A stretch of 32,000 nucleotides of DNA from Thermococcus kodakarensis KOD1 (GCF_000009965.1 NC_006624.1:210001-242000); one strand, 5' to 3'. Numbered from the stretch's first letter, positions 17,936 through 28,329 are shown. Program-made: numbers and translations. The notes: generated by a model from the letters alone, not told the origin.

Positions 17936-18723
17936 ATGCGGATAGCGGTGATTGGAGCTGGGATGATCGGTGGGGCTGTCGCGAGGGCCCTCGCCGAGAA
18001 GGGCCACGAAGTTATCGCCACGAGGAGGAACGTTGAGAAGGCAAAATGGCTTGGGGAATACGGGGTTAAGGTCATCAGGAACAACCTGGAGGCAGCGGAT
18101 TGGGCCGAGGTTGTTTTTCTGGCGGTGAAGCCCAACAAGGTAGCGAAGGTGCTAGGAGAGATAAGAGAGGCACTTAACGGCAAGATACTCGTATCTTTGG
18201 CCGCTGAAGTTCCAATAAAGGCCCTAAAGGGGCTTGCCCCGGGGTAAAGGTAGTTAGGGCGATGCCCAACATAGCCATACTCGTGGGGGAGGCCTTTACA
18301 GGCTACGCCACGATCGATCTTGAGCCCGATGAGAGGGAGAAGGTCGAATCCCTTCTCAGGGCCTTCGGCGAGTGTCTTCTCGTCGATGAGGAGCACATGG
18401 ACGCGATAACCGGGCTCAGCGGCTCCGGGCCGGCCTACGTTTCGGTGTTCGTTGAGTCGATGATCTACGGCGGTTTGAGAGTCGGTCTTCTGAGGGAGGT
18501 GGCAAAAATAGCCGCCCTCCAGACCCTCCTCGGCACTGCAAAGCTCCTGCTGAACTACGAGGGCCATCCAGCTGAGATAAGGGACATGGTGACGACCCCG
18601 GGAGGGACTACGATAGACGGCATCTTCGAGCTTGAGGAGGGAAAGATAAGAACGGCGATAATGAAGGCCATAGATGCTGCAACTAAGAAGTCCAGGATCC
18701 TCTCAACGAGAACTTTACCCTGA
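17936..18723 (+). pseudogene. proC: Pyrroline-5-carboxylate reductase split by a 1-nt frameshift
   Basis: Track ORFs 17936..18247 (MRIAVIGAGMIGG...KALKGLAPG*) and 18262..18723 (MPNIAILVGE...TTPGGTT) are the two halves of ProC. The downstream frame is open from 18208 and reads ...GVKVVRAMPN. One extra G in the run CCCCGGGG (18237-18244) restores a single 262-aa ORF. Confidence 0.85.
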
Positions 18724-19749
18724 GAGGGCCTTTCCCGCTTCCCTCTCCCCGCTTTCTTCAGCGGCCCTTTCCTTGGCTCCTTTGAGTTCCTCGATGACGT
18801 CCACCAGAACGTCTATTGCCAGGAGGTATTCGCTGAGGCTGATGCGCTCGTGGGGTGTGTGGTCCAGCCTGGAATCGCCCGGACCGTAGGCGACGGCATC
18901 AACGCCGAACCTCGGGCCCAGGATGTTCATGTCGGCTGTTCCGGTCTTCTTCTTCAGTCTCGGCCTCATGCCGTTCCTCCTTATGCCCCTGACGAAGGCC
19001 CTGACGAGTGGACTCCTCCTGTCGACCTGGTAGGCGGGAACGAAGTCGAGGATCTCCCAACCCTTGGGCGGATTGTAGCCTGGGGGAGTGCGGAGGTTTA
19101 TCACCATCTCGCCGTAGAAGTCGAAGTCCCTCTCGTAGGCGTGGAGCTCCACTATCCTGCCGCTCAAGGCGTCGAAGCCCTCTCCAAAGGAGGACTTTAT
19201 CTCGAGCCATCTGTTTATCAGCCTCTCAGCGGCGTCAACCCCTAAACTCCCGTGAACTTTCTCGACGCTCTCAACGAATTTTGCAGTCAAACTGCCCTTG
19301 TATCCTATCGTGACGCCGTCGACGCCGCTCGGCTCGCCGATGATGATGTAGTCAGGTCTGGGAACGTCGAGGTTCTTGGCGCCCTTGGAAAAGCCCTCCT
19401 CGTCTACCAAACCGGCGAAGATTATGTTTGCGTTGCTCTCCAGCGTGGCGAAGAAGAAAGTCGCAAGCGGGCCCTTGGCATCGACGCTCCCCCTGCCCCA
19501 GAGGACCCCGTCCTCTATCCTGACCGGGATTATCCCCGGGACGGTATCGACGTGGCCGGCGAGTAGTATCCTCGGACCCTTCCCTTCCCTTATCGCTATC
19601 GCGTTTCCCACCTCATCGACGTAAGCATCAACCCCAAAGCTCTCAAAGGACTCGACGATGAACTTTACTGCCTCACTCTCCCTTCCGGTGGGGGAGTAAA
19701 TCTCCACGAGCTTCCTCAGGAATTCAACCTTCTCCTCAGAGGATATCAT
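18715..19749 (-). CDS. lysK: [LysW]-lysine/ornithine hydrolase (M20/ArgE-family deacylase)
   Basis: 344 aa with M20 peptidase motifs (AGHVDTV, DEEG). Last gene of the lysW cluster. Confidence 0.88.
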
Positions 19750-20833
19750 TCAGAACACCCTCTATCTCTTTCCTTGCTTCCTCCAGCGTGTCCCCCTCGA
19801 TTATCAGCGGCGGGAGGAGTCTTATCACCCTGTTTCCTGCCGTGTTGACGAGGATTCCCCTCTCCTGGAGGGCCTTAACGTAGTTCCCCGCGGGCCTTCT
19901 GAGGACTATCCCGATCATGAGCCCCCTTCCCCTGGTCTTGACCACCCTTTCGCCCGAGAACTCCATGAACTTTTCACCGGCCTTCTCAACGAGCCTGTCT
20001 CTCCTTAGTATCCTCAGCGTTGTCGCCACGGCCCTGCAGGCGAGCGGGTTGCCTCCAAAGGTGGAGCCGTGCTTTCCCCTCGGTATCTCCAGGTCGGTTA
20101 GAGTAAGGCTCACGGGGAAGCCGTTGCCTATTCCCTTTCCCATCGTCACTATGTCCGGCCTCACCCCGTAGTGCTCTATTGCAAGGAACTTCCCCGTTCT
20201 GAGGCCGCTCTGGACTTCATCCGCTATCAAAAGGGCCCCCACATCCTCCGTGAGGTCCCTGAGGGTTTTAACGAACTCCTCATCTGCCGGAACGATGCCG
20301 CCCTCTCCCTGGATGGGCTCGAAGATAACAGCGGCAGTTTCCTTTGTTATGGCCTCCTTAGCAGCTTCGACGTTGTTGAAGGGTATATGCTTGAATCCGG
20401 GGACGAGGGGTCCAAAGCCCTCGCGGTACTTCTTCTTCCAGGTGGCGCTGAGGGAACCGAGTGTTCTTCCGTGGAAGGCGTTGGTCATGGCCACTATCTC
20501 CGAACGCCCAGTTGCGAGGCGGGCGAACTTTATGGCGGCTTCAACGGCTTCGGTTCCCGAGTTGCCCATGTAGACGTACTCGTAGTCTACCCAGTGGGAG
20601 AGCTCCTCGAGCATCTCCTCCCTCTCGTCGTGCTCGAACATTGGACCAGCAACGACTATCTTCTCCAGCTGGCGGCTCATATCGAGTACCCACTCCGGGT
20701 GGGCATGGCCAAGGACGTTCACGCCTATTCCGGCTATGAGATCCAGGTAGCGTCTTCCCTTCTCGTCCCAGACGTAGACACCTTCGCCCCTTACGAGCCT
20801 GAGCCTCTTCCTGTAGAGCGGCATCTCCCTCAA
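19736..20833 (-). CDS. lysJ: [LysW]-aminoadipate semialdehyde / acetylornithine-type class-III aminotransferase
   Basis: 365 aa with the class-III aminotransferase signature ([22 protein letters not shown]). Confidence 0.9.
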
Positions 20834-21585
20834 GTTATCACCGTCCTTCCGTTGAGGCCCTGGATGACCACCCTTTCAACGCCGCTCTCAACTGCCTTTG
20901 CGGCCATCATGAGCTTCTTCCTCATCCCCCCTTTAGCGTATCCGAGGAGCTCTGGGAGCTCGTTCAGGTTCACCCTTTCTACGACGCTCCCATCCGCCAT
21001 AAAGGCCGAATCTGAGACGAAGACGAGCTCCCTCGCCTTGGTGGCCAGGGCCATGTGGTAGGCCACTTTATCCCCGTCGACGTTCAGTGGGACGTTCTCA
21101 ACGGGATCGTAGGCCACCGAGGCTATAACTGGCAGCCCGAGCTTCCTGAGCTCCATCAAAGCCCCAACGTTTATCCTCTCCACGGTTCCCGAGTAGTCGT
21201 CTCTTATTGCAACCGTTTTTCCGTTGATTACTGCCTTTACGAGCTTCTTCCTCCTCCCAATCACCAGCTCGTGCTCAATTCCCATAACGCCCACCGCGTT
21301 TATTCCCCTGACCTGAAGGAACTCCACGAGCTCCCTGTTCGCCCTCATCATAGCTGCCAGATAAACGTCGAGGACTTCCTTAGTTGTCCTCCTGAAGGTC
21401 ACTCCGGAGGGGCTGGTGAGCCTTTTGATCTTCACCCCGAGCTTCCTTGAGAGCTCGTCGACGTGCCTCGAGCCACCGTGCACAACGACCGTGTCAGGGC
21501 TCCTCAGCGAGCTTGAGAGGCCGTCGCTTGCCCAGACCTCCTCAAACCTCACCAGTGCGGCCCCACCTATCTTAACGATCCTCAT
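20830..21585 (-). CDS. lysZ: [LysW]-aminoadipate kinase (amino acid kinase family, ArgB-like)
   Basis: 251 aa with VKIGGA and VVHGG motifs. Confidence 0.9.
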
Positions 21586-21594
21586 GGTACCACC

Positions 21595-22587
21595 TCACAC
21601 GGGGTAGACCGGGTAGTAGTTCAGACCGGTCCTCTCGTCGAGTCCGAACATGAGGTTCATGTTCTGAACCGCCTGCCCGGAACCACCTTTGATGAGGTTG
21701 TCTATGGCCGAGAGGACTATCGCCCTGGAGTTCTCCTCGTCGTGGGCAAAGCCTATGTCCGCGAAGTTGCTCCCTATCACGTACTTCGGATCCGGAAAGC
21801 GCTGGAGGCCGCCTTTGTCGGTAACGAGCCTCACGAAGGGTTCATCCTTGTACACCAAAAGCTTCCTCAAGAGCTCCCTCGTGCTCCCCTCGAAGCGGAA
21901 GTAGATGGTGGCAAGAAGTCCCCTGATGATGTCAACGGAGTGGACGGTGAAGGCCGCCTTAACCCCGGTCTCCTGGATCACCTCGCCCTCGTGCCTGTGG
22001 TGGTAGGGCTTGTATACCCTGACGACGTGGCTCCTCTCCGGATGTATGCTCGCCACGTTCTCCCTCCTTCCCCCCGCAGACGAGCTAACCTTGAGATCGA
22101 CTATCGCCTCATCCGTGAGCTCCCTGAAGGGGTAGAGCGCGAGGATCGTGGCGGTCGCGTTGCAGCCTGGGTTTGCGACCAGCTCGGCCTTCCTTATCTC
22201 CTTCCTGTGGAGCTCGGGGAGACCGTAGACGAACTCTTCTATGAGCTCCGGCCTCTTGTGCTCGCCGTAGTACTCCCTGTATAGATCTTCCCTCAGCCTG
22301 AAGTCCGCGCTCATGTCTATGATCTTCGCGCTCCCGAGGTAGTCGTCTATTATCTCCATCGAGGTCCCGTGGGGGACCGCTAAGAAGATAACGTCGGCAT
22401 CGAACTCCTTGGTGTTGGTGAAGCGTAAGTCGAGTCCCCTGAGGTTGGGATGAACCTTGTGTACCTTCTGGCCGGCGAAGCGCCTCGATGTTATAGCCGT
22501 GATCTCGACCTCGGGGTGCATGGCCAAAAGCCTGACTAGTTCCCCACCAATGTAGCCGCTGGCACCGACAACCGCGGCCTTTATCAT
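21595..22587 (-). CDS. lysY: [LysW]-aminoadipyl-phosphate reductase (ArgC-like)
   Basis: 330 aa with N-terminal GASGYIGGEL and the active-site NPGC motif. Confidence 0.9.
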   Translation of the reverse strand: MIKAAVVGASGYIGGELVRLLAMHPEVEITAITSRRFAGQKVHKVHPNLRGLDLRFTNTKEFDADVIFLAVPHGTSMEIIDDYLGSAKIIDMSADFRLREDLYREYYGEHKRPELIEEFVYGLPELHRKEIRKAELVANPGCNATATILALYPFRELTDEAIVDLKVSSSAGGRRENVASIHPERSHVVRVYKPYHHRHEGEVIQETGVKAAFTVHSVDIIRGLLATIYFRFEGSTRELLRKLLVYKDEPFVRLVTDKGGLQRFPDPKYVIGSNFADIGFAHDEENSRAIVLSAIDNLIKGGSGQAVQNMNLMFGLDERTGLNYYPVYPV

Positions 22588-23405
22588 GTCTTAGCCACCT
22601 CCACAGCGTATTCCACCAGCTTTCCGGCCATGTCAGCGCCGGTGACCCTGGCGGCGTTCTTGAACTCCATGTTGGGGTTGACCTCGTTCACAAGGAGACC
22701 TTTTTCGCTCTCGAAGATGTCTATAGCCAAAGCTCCCTCGCCGAAGGCCTCCCAGGCCTTAACCGAGAGCTCCTCGACCTCGGGATCGCTGCAGGGCTCC
22801 GCTTTGCCGCCCCTCGCTGTGTTCGTTATCCAGTGGTTGGAATAGCGATAAATCGCCCCGACGAACTCCCCTCCTATGACGTAGCTCCTTATGTCCCTTC
22901 CGGGCTTCTCCACGAACTCCTGGAAGTAGTGGATTCCGTAGAGAGGGTTCTTCATCCACTTCCTGTGCTCCAGGACGGCCTCCAGCGAGTCCCTGTCGTT
23001 CACCTTCGCGAGGAGCCTTCCCCAGCTTCCAAAAACCGGCTTTGAAACGAGCGGATAGCCGAGGGAATCCGGAACTCTCAGGGCTCCTCCCTCGCTCAAA
23101 GCGGCCTTCCACTCGGGAACGGGAACCTTCCCGGCCAGCCTCAGAGTGGCGAACAGTTTATCACCTGCCTCGAAGATGAGCCTGGAGGAGTTAACTGTCG
23201 GAATCCCCTCGCTCTCGAAGAGCCTGGCTGTGTAGAGGGCCTTGAAGTGGCTTACGTTCCTTATTATGACGACGTCGAGGTCGTAGTTCCCGGGGAAGAG
23301 CAGGTCGTCCTCGTGGAGCATAACCACTTCCCCAAACTCGCCGGCCCTCTCCTTTATGGCCATTTCCTCCCTTCTGAGAACCGTGTAGGTGATCCCTATC
23401 CTCAT
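22584..23405 (-). CDS. lysX: RimK-type ATP-grasp ligase, alpha-aminoadipate/glutamate-LysW ligase
   Basis: RimK/LysX-like ATP-grasp sequence. ATG 23405 (MRIGITY), preceded by GGTGGTGGTG, is preferred over the track TTG 23417. Confidence 0.88.
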   Translation of the reverse strand: MRIGITYTVLRREEMAIKERAGEFGEVVMLHEDDLLFPGNYDLDVVIIRNVSHFKALYTARLFESEGIPTVNSSRLIFEAGDKLFATLRLAGKVPVPEWKAALSEGGALRVPDSLGYPLVSKPVFGSWGRLLAKVNDRDSLEAVLEHRKWMKNPLYGIHYFQEFVEKPGRDIRSYVIGGEFVGAIYRYSNHWITNTARGGKAEPCSDPEVEELSVKAWEAFGEGALAIDIFESEKGLLVNEVNPNMEFKNAARVTGADMAGKLVEYAVEVAKT

Positions 23406-23431
23406 CACCACCACCAAAAAAATTGAAGGGG

Positions 23432-23593
23432 TTACTCCCCCCAGTCCTCCTCGACCTCGGGGAGCTCCTCTAATGTTAGGGGCTCGAGGCTCACAACCTC
23501 AAGCTCCGCTCCGCAAACCGGGCATTCGACTATCTGGTGCAGTTCGACCTCTCCGATCTCTATTTCACTTCCGCATACAGGGCATTCCACCAT
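23432..23593 (-). CDS. lysW: LysW amino-group carrier protein (53 aa)
   Basis: MVECPVCGSEIEIGEVELHQIVECPVCGAELEVV...EEDWGE*. It has two CPxCG zinc knuckles and the acidic EDWGE C-terminus. GGAGGTGG lies 7 nt before ATG 23593. The track ORF (79 aa from 23671) is over-extended. Confidence 0.9.
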   Translation of the reverse strand: MVECPVCGSEIEIGEVELHQIVECPVCGAELEVVSLEPLTLEELPEVEEDWGE

Positions 23594-23629
23594 TCTTCCC
23601 CACCTCCATTCTTCGCCGCATATCGGGAA

Positions 23630-23667
23630 CTTAAAGGCTTCGTAACAAATGAAATCCGCTTTAAAGC
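23630..23667 (-). promoter_or_regulatory. Possible internal promoter upstream of lysW
   Basis: In the 94-nt gap, the - strand has the 10-nt palindrome GCTTTAAAGC (23658-23667) and CCTTTAAG (23630-23637), the latter 36 nt before the lysW ATG. CGTAAC/GTTACG arms flank the first element. Confidence 0.3.
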
Positions 23668-23687
23668 TCAAGTTACGGATGCAACAC

Positions 23688-24731
23688 TCACCCCGCCATT
23701 CGGCTTATGTCGCTCTCCAGTCTGCTCAGCCTGATCTCATCCCGCCAGACCTCATCCATAGACAGAAGGTCCTCTATCTCGCCGATTATTCCCCTGACGA
23801 CGTCCTCAGTCCTCGCCCTTCCGCCCATGTCCGGCGTTAGCTCTCCGTTCACAACGTAGCCCCTCACAGCCGCCCTGATGAGCGAGCCGTCAAGTCCGAG
23901 GTAGTCGAGGAGCATCGCACCGCTCAGTATGGCCCCTATGGGGTTGGCTATCCCCTTTCCAGCTATGTCGGGGGCAGAACCGTGGACCGGCTCGAAGAGC
24001 GCTATTCCGTCCCCATAGTTCCCGCTGGGAACGATACCTATACTGCCCGCGTGAACTGTGGCGAGGTCGCTCAGTATGTCGCCAAAGAGGTTCTCGCTGA
24101 GAATTACTCCGTGCTCCCAGGGGTTCCTGACGAGCTTTATAGTGAAGGAGTCGATTATGGCATCCCTGACTTCAACGCCCTCCTCCCCCGCCACTTCCCT
24201 GACTATCCTCCTGAAGAACTTGTCGCCTGTGAGGACGTTGGCCTTGTGGACGAAGGTTATGAAGCTCCCCCTGGCCTTGGCCTGCTCCACGGCAAAGCGG
24301 GCTATTCTTTCGGCACCTTCCCTCGTGATGAGCCTGACGTCTACAGCTCTCCCGTTCACAACCGCGCCTATTCCGAAGTAGAGGCCCTCGCTGTTCTCCC
24401 TGACTATGACGATTTCCCTTCCCGTTCTAAGGTCGGGGATTATTCTCAGGTTGGCGTAGAGGCCGAGCTCCTTCCTGAGGGTGAGTATTAAACTCCTGTA
24501 TCCAGGAAGGTCGAAGGGAGTCGTGGTAGCTCCAAATAGAACCGCGTCGCTCCTCCTTATCTCCTCAAGGTCCTCCTCCCTGATTGGGCTCCCGCACTCC
24601 TGGAAAACATCCACGCCGCCCTCGTAGTACTCGAACCTTACCCTGCCCGTTACGGCTTTCAAGACCCTCACCGCACCATCTATGACCTCTGGCCCTATTC
24701 CATCGCCGGGGATCACGGCTACTCTATACAC
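23688..24731 (-). CDS. Homoisocitrate dehydrogenase (isopropylmalate/isocitrate dehydrogenase family)
   Basis: 347 aa with family motifs ([19 protein letters not shown]). Context is next to the LysW genes. Confidence 0.88.
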   Translation of the reverse strand: MYRVAVIPGDGIGPEVIDGAVRVLKAVTGRVRFEYYEGGVDVFQECGSPIREEDLEEIRRSDAVLFGATTTPFDLPGYRSLILTLRKELGLYANLRIIPDLRTGREIVIVRENSEGLYFGIGAVVNGRAVDVRLITREGAERIARFAVEQAKARGSFITFVHKANVLTGDKFFRRIVREVAGEEGVEVRDAIIDSFTIKLVRNPWEHGVILSENLFGDILSDLATVHAGSIGIVPSGNYGDGIALFEPVHGSAPDIAGKGIANPIGAILSGAMLLDYLGLDGSLIRAAVRGYVVNGELTPDMGGRARTEDVVRGIIGEIEDLLSMDEVWRDEIRLSRLESDISRMAG

Positions 24732-25210
24732 AGGTCACCCCTCCTCGCTATGAAGCTCAGTATTCCTCCCTCCTCGACGATCCTGAGCAGGAAGCCGTCG
24801 AGCGGTTTGAAGTGGAAAACTCCGTTCTCGGTTCTCACCTCACCGGTCCGCCAGTTCACCTCGACTACCTCTCCGTCCCTGAGCCCGCTCGTGTCGCCGA
24901 CGAGCAGGGGGAGGCCGAGGTTCACGGCGTTGCGGTAGAATATCCTTCCGAATGACTCCGCTATAACCCCCGCAACTCCCGCCGCTTTGAGCGAGAGGGC
25001 AGCGGATTCCCTGGAGGAGCCTATCCCGAAGTTCCTCCCGCCTACAACAACGTCCCCCGGCTTTACCTCCCTTGAAAACTCGGGGCGGGCCTCTATGAAG
25101 GCTATCCTTGCCAGCTCCTCCGGATCCTTCGTGAGGTTGTACCTCCCGGGGGTTATCGTGTCGGTCGAAACGTTGTCCCCGAAGCGCCACACTCTTCCCC
25201 TCGTTATCAT
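24719..25210 (-). CDS. Homoaconitase small subunit (LeuD-like)
   Basis: 163 aa with the aconitase swivel domain ([11 protein letters not shown]). Confidence 0.88.
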   Translation of the reverse strand: MITRGRVWRFGDNVSTDTITPGRYNLTKDPEELARIAFIEARPEFSREVKPGDVVVGGRNFGIGSSRESAALSLKAAGVAGVIAESFGRIFYRNAVNLGLPLLVGDTSGLRDGEVVEVNWRTGEVRTENGVFHFKPLDGFLLRIVEEGGILSFIARRGDLCIE

Positions 25211-26349
25211 GCCCCTCCCTCCGGGGTTGTTATCTCTCCATAGAGGGCGCTGAGGGCAGCGGTTACCGGACTGGCAAGATAGATCTCGGAGTTGGGCGAG
25301 CCCATCCTTCCCCTGAAGTTCCTGTTTGTAGTGCTCAGAATAACGTCGCCATCACCTGCAACACCCATGTGCCTTCCGAGGCACGGGCCGCAGCCCGGTG
25401 GGAGTATGACCGCCCCAGCATCTATCAGAACCTTTGCAATGCCTGTCTCGATCATCCTGCGGTAGACGTTGGCCGATGCTGGCCCTATTATCGTCCTGAC
25501 CGCGACTTCCTCCCCGGCGAGTATCTCTGCTGCCCTCTCAATCTGCTCGAAGCGGCCGTTGGTGCACGAGCCGATGAAAACCTGGTCTATCTTCGTCCCC
25601 TCGACCTCTTCAACGGGAACGCCGTTCGAGGGATGGTGTGGTTTCGCCACCATCGGCGGGAGGGATGAGAGGTCAATCCCGAGCTCCAGGACGTAGCCGT
25701 CCCCGCTGTACTCCTCCCCGATGATTCCGGTCTTGGCGTTGGCCTCGACGCTGAAGTTGGTGAGAGTTAGTCTCTCGTCAAAGCTGAAGGGGACGTTGAA
25801 GAACTCGATAGCTTTGTAGTTCATCTCGAAGTCCCTCAAAGCGGTGATGATGTGTATCATCGCATCGGCCGCCATGACGTTTTTTCCGGGCCTTCCCTCG
25901 AAGACCACCGAAACGCTCTCGGGAACGCGGAACCAGGTTTTTCCGAGCCCCATGACGACGGCTGTATCCGTGGCCCCTATCCCAACGGCGAAAACCCCAA
26001 GGGCCCCCAATGTGGGCGTGTGGCTGTCGGCGCCCACAACTATCCTGGCGTTATCTGCCAGGCCCATCTCGACGGCAAGCTGGTGCGATATCCCCTGACC
26101 TTGAATCACCGGAATCCCCTGCTCCCCCGCGAACTCCAGGATTTCCTTCTGGAGGTTGGCTATCTTGACCGTTGGGGCTGGAAATACGTGGTCGAAGAAA
26201 ACGTACGTTCTCGGCACAACCCTTGTGAAGTTCCTCCTGAAGGCCTCTATTATGAGGGGCATCGTGCCGTCGTGCGCGTAAACGAGGTCAACTTCCCTGA
26301 CGACGACCTCACCGGTTTTGGCTCCGAGAAGTTCCTCAACGAGCGTCAT
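25207..26349 (-). CDS. Homoaconitase large subunit (LeuC-like)
   Basis: 380 aa with aconitase-family Fe-S cysteines ([15 protein letters not shown]). Confidence 0.88.
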   Translation of the reverse strand: MTLVEELLGAKTGEVVVREVDLVYAHDGTMPLIIEAFRRNFTRVVPRTYVFFDHVFPAPTVKIANLQKEILEFAGEQGIPVIQGQGISHQLAVEMGLADNARIVVGADSHTPTLGALGVFAVGIGATDTAVVMGLGKTWFRVPESVSVVFEGRPGKNVMAADAMIHIITALRDFEMNYKAIEFFNVPFSFDERLTLTNFSVEANAKTGIIGEEYSGDGYVLELGIDLSSLPPMVAKPHHPSNGVPVEEVEGTKIDQVFIGSCTNGRFEQIERAAEILAGEEVAVRTIIGPASANVYRRMIETGIAKVLIDAGAVILPPGCGPCLGRHMGVAGDGDVILSTTNRNFRGRMGSPNSEIYLASPVTAALSALYGEITTPEGGA

Positions 26350-27431
26350 GTCATCATCCTCCTCGCTTCTTCGGCCAGCATCTCGGGTGTGAAGGGCCTC
26401 CTTGAGGCCTTTACCCTCCTGAGGAGCTCTTCGATTATCTCCTCGTCGTGGATTCCGAATCTGGATAGATGGAAGCGTATCGTCTCCCTGCCTGCGAAGC
26501 GGTCGACGTAGATGGTCCTCTCCCTGCCGAATGTTTCAGCCGGAAGGAACTCGTAGAAAGACGGATCCCTGACGACCGCCGAAACGTGCAGGCCGGCCTT
26601 GTGTGTGAAGGCGTTCTGGCCGACTATGGGGTAGTTGACCTGGACCTGAAGGCCGGTTATCTCGCTCACGAGTCTGCTCAGCGAGTAGAGCTTCTCCAGC
26701 CTGTACTTTTTGACCCCGTAGTGGTAGTAGAGCGCCGCCAGAAGATGGGACAGGTCGACTATCCCTGCCCTCTCCCCAATTCCGTTAACGGTGGCATCCA
26801 CCAGCGTAGCCCCGGCCTCGATTCCCATTATCGCGTTTGCCAGGGCCAATCCCAGGTCGTTGTGGCAGTGCACATTTACGGGAATCCCGAACTCGACGAC
26901 GCGCTTGACGAGGTCGTAGAACTCGAGGGGATGAGCGGCTCCGGTTGTGTCCGCTATGCTCACCCTGTCGACCTTGAGCTCCCTGGCGAGGTTCAGAGCT
27001 GCTGTGAGGTTCTTCCACTCCGTCCTCGTGGTGTCCTCCGGTGTGAAGCGGATCTTCAGCCCGTGGTCCTTGGCGTATAGAATAGCATCCTCGACCCTGG
27101 TGAGGGCTCCGCTGAGATCCGTCCTGAACCTCCTTTCCAGGCACCTCTGAGAGAGGCACATGAAGATACCTATCCATTCTGCTTCGGCCTTCAGAACGAG
27201 GTCGATATCGCTCCTCAGGGCCCTTGAGTGCGCCAGAATGTTCGCGTTGAGGCCATGGGAAGCGAGAAGGCGTATCCCCTCAAGGATCTCCCCGCTTACT
27301 GCCGGATGGCCGGCCTCTATAAAATCGACTCCGACCTCATCGAGGGCGATTCCTATTCTAAGCCTGTCCTCCGGGCTGAAGTTTACCCCGGGTGTCTGCT
27401 CCCCTTCCCTGAGCGTTGAATCCAGCACCAT
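26346..27431 (-). CDS. Homocitrate synthase (LeuA/NifV family, no LeuA regulatory domain)
   Basis: 361 aa with DSTLREGEQ and HCHNDLG motifs. First gene of the aminoadipate/LysW operon. Confidence 0.88.
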   Translation of the reverse strand: MVLDSTLREGEQTPGVNFSPEDRLRIGIALDEVGVDFIEAGHPAVSGEILEGIRLLASHGLNANILAHSRALRSDIDLVLKAEAEWIGIFMCLSQRCLERRFRTDLSGALTRVEDAILYAKDHGLKIRFTPEDTTRTEWKNLTAALNLARELKVDRVSIADTTGAAHPLEFYDLVKRVVEFGIPVNVHCHNDLGLALANAIMGIEAGATLVDATVNGIGERAGIVDLSHLLAALYYHYGVKKYRLEKLYSLSRLVSEITGLQVQVNYPIVGQNAFTHKAGLHVSAVVRDPSFYEFLPAETFGRERTIYVDRFAGRETIRFHLSRFGIHDEEIIEELLRRVKASRRPFTPEMLAEEARRMMT

Positions 27432-27479
27432 TATTCCACCGCTTAATATGCATCACCCACTCAGCCGTGTGAGGGAGGG

Positions 27480-27487
27480 TATATAAA
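27480..27487 (-). promoter_or_regulatory. TATA box of the lys (aminoadipate/LysW) operon
   Basis: The - strand reads TTTATATA, 49 nt upstream of ATG 27431. GGTGG SD lies just before the ATG. Confidence 0.55.
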
Positions 27488-27489
27488 TC

Positions 27490-27600
27490 TTTCGGCAATT
27501 TTGAAGTTTTGTCGAACAAATTTTTCAAAAATCGAAAAAATAGAAAAATTTTTCTCTAAAAACTTGTTTTAGTCGATTAAATTTCGGCAAAATTCAGAAA
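27490..27600. promoter_or_regulatory. AT-rich repeat and palindrome cluster upstream of the lys promoter, also the terminator zone of the nitroreductase gene
   Basis: TTTCGGCAA occurs twice (27490, 27582). GTCGA..AAATTT occurs twice. Palindromes are ATTTTTCAAAAAT (27520-27532) and AGAAAAATTTTTCT (27542-27555). There are several T5-T6 runs on the - strand. Confidence 0.4.
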
Positions 27601-27656
27601 TGTTGGCATTGTGCAAATTGCTAACTTTACAAATATCAAGGAGAAAAGAGAAAGAC

Positions 27657-28220
27657 TCAGAACCCGTTGAAGCTCACTACATCTTCCAGCTTTTTCCTCT
27701 CGTACTTTGGCTTTGGATCGGCGGGATAACCTACCGGGAGTATAGTCTGGAGCTTGTAGTCCTTTGGGACATTTAGAAGCTCCTCCACCGGCTTGGGGTT
27801 CGGTGGTGTATAAGTCACCGTTCCCAGGCCGAGCTCCTCAAGCGCTAAAAGGAGGTATCCAATGGCTGTCCACGTCGACTGGAGCCAGTAGGGAGCTTTA
27901 GTGTGTCCGAAGACGAGTATCAGATACGGTGCCTCGCTCAGGAAAGGTTTTTCGGGAGTAAACCCTTTCTCTTTTAGCCACTCTCCCAGCTCACCGGAGA
28001 CTTTCTCGTGGAACTTCTTCTCTACCTCCTCACAGACCTCGCGGATTTTAGCCTTCAGCCAGTGGTCGTCTATGATTACGAACTTCCAGGGCTGGGCGTT
28101 CATTCCCGAAGGGGCTTCCTTGGCAGCTTCTATGGCCTTGAGGATGTCTTCCTTTGGCGGTTTATCGGGTAGGAACTTTCTTACGGTTTTTCTATTTTTA
28201 GCCAGCTCGAGGACGCGCAT
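27657..28220 (-). CDS. Nitroreductase-family flavoprotein
   Basis: The nitroreductase fold signature (RKTVRKF, PSGMNAQPWKFVII) begins at MRVLELAK. ATG 28220 follows GGTGATCAA. The track extension to 28388 is low-complexity. Confidence 0.85.
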   Translation of the reverse strand: MRVLELAKNRKTVRKFLPDKPPKEDILKAIEAAKEAPSGMNAQPWKFVIIDDHWLKAKIREVCEEVEKKFHEKVSGELGEWLKEKGFTPEKPFLSEAPYLILVFGHTKAPYWLQSTWTAIGYLLLALEELGLGTVTYTPPNPKPVEELLNVPKDYKLQTILPVGYPADPKPKYERKKLEDVVSFNGF

Positions 28221-28329
28221 TTGATCACCATACCATCTTAAGTGTTCTGCAAAAAAGCTTTGCGGGGTAGTGTGAGGGCTCTTAAAACCTTTAAATTTTA
28301 TGCCAACAAAGATTATCCTGATGAGGATA

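Noticed and set aside
28315-28325. TGATGA (C-box-like) suggesting a C/D box sRNA, and a similar UGAUGC/CUGA pair on the - strand near 30515-30560
   Set aside because: No correctly spaced D, C' and D' boxes. The first candidate sits immediately upstream of the ATPase translation start.
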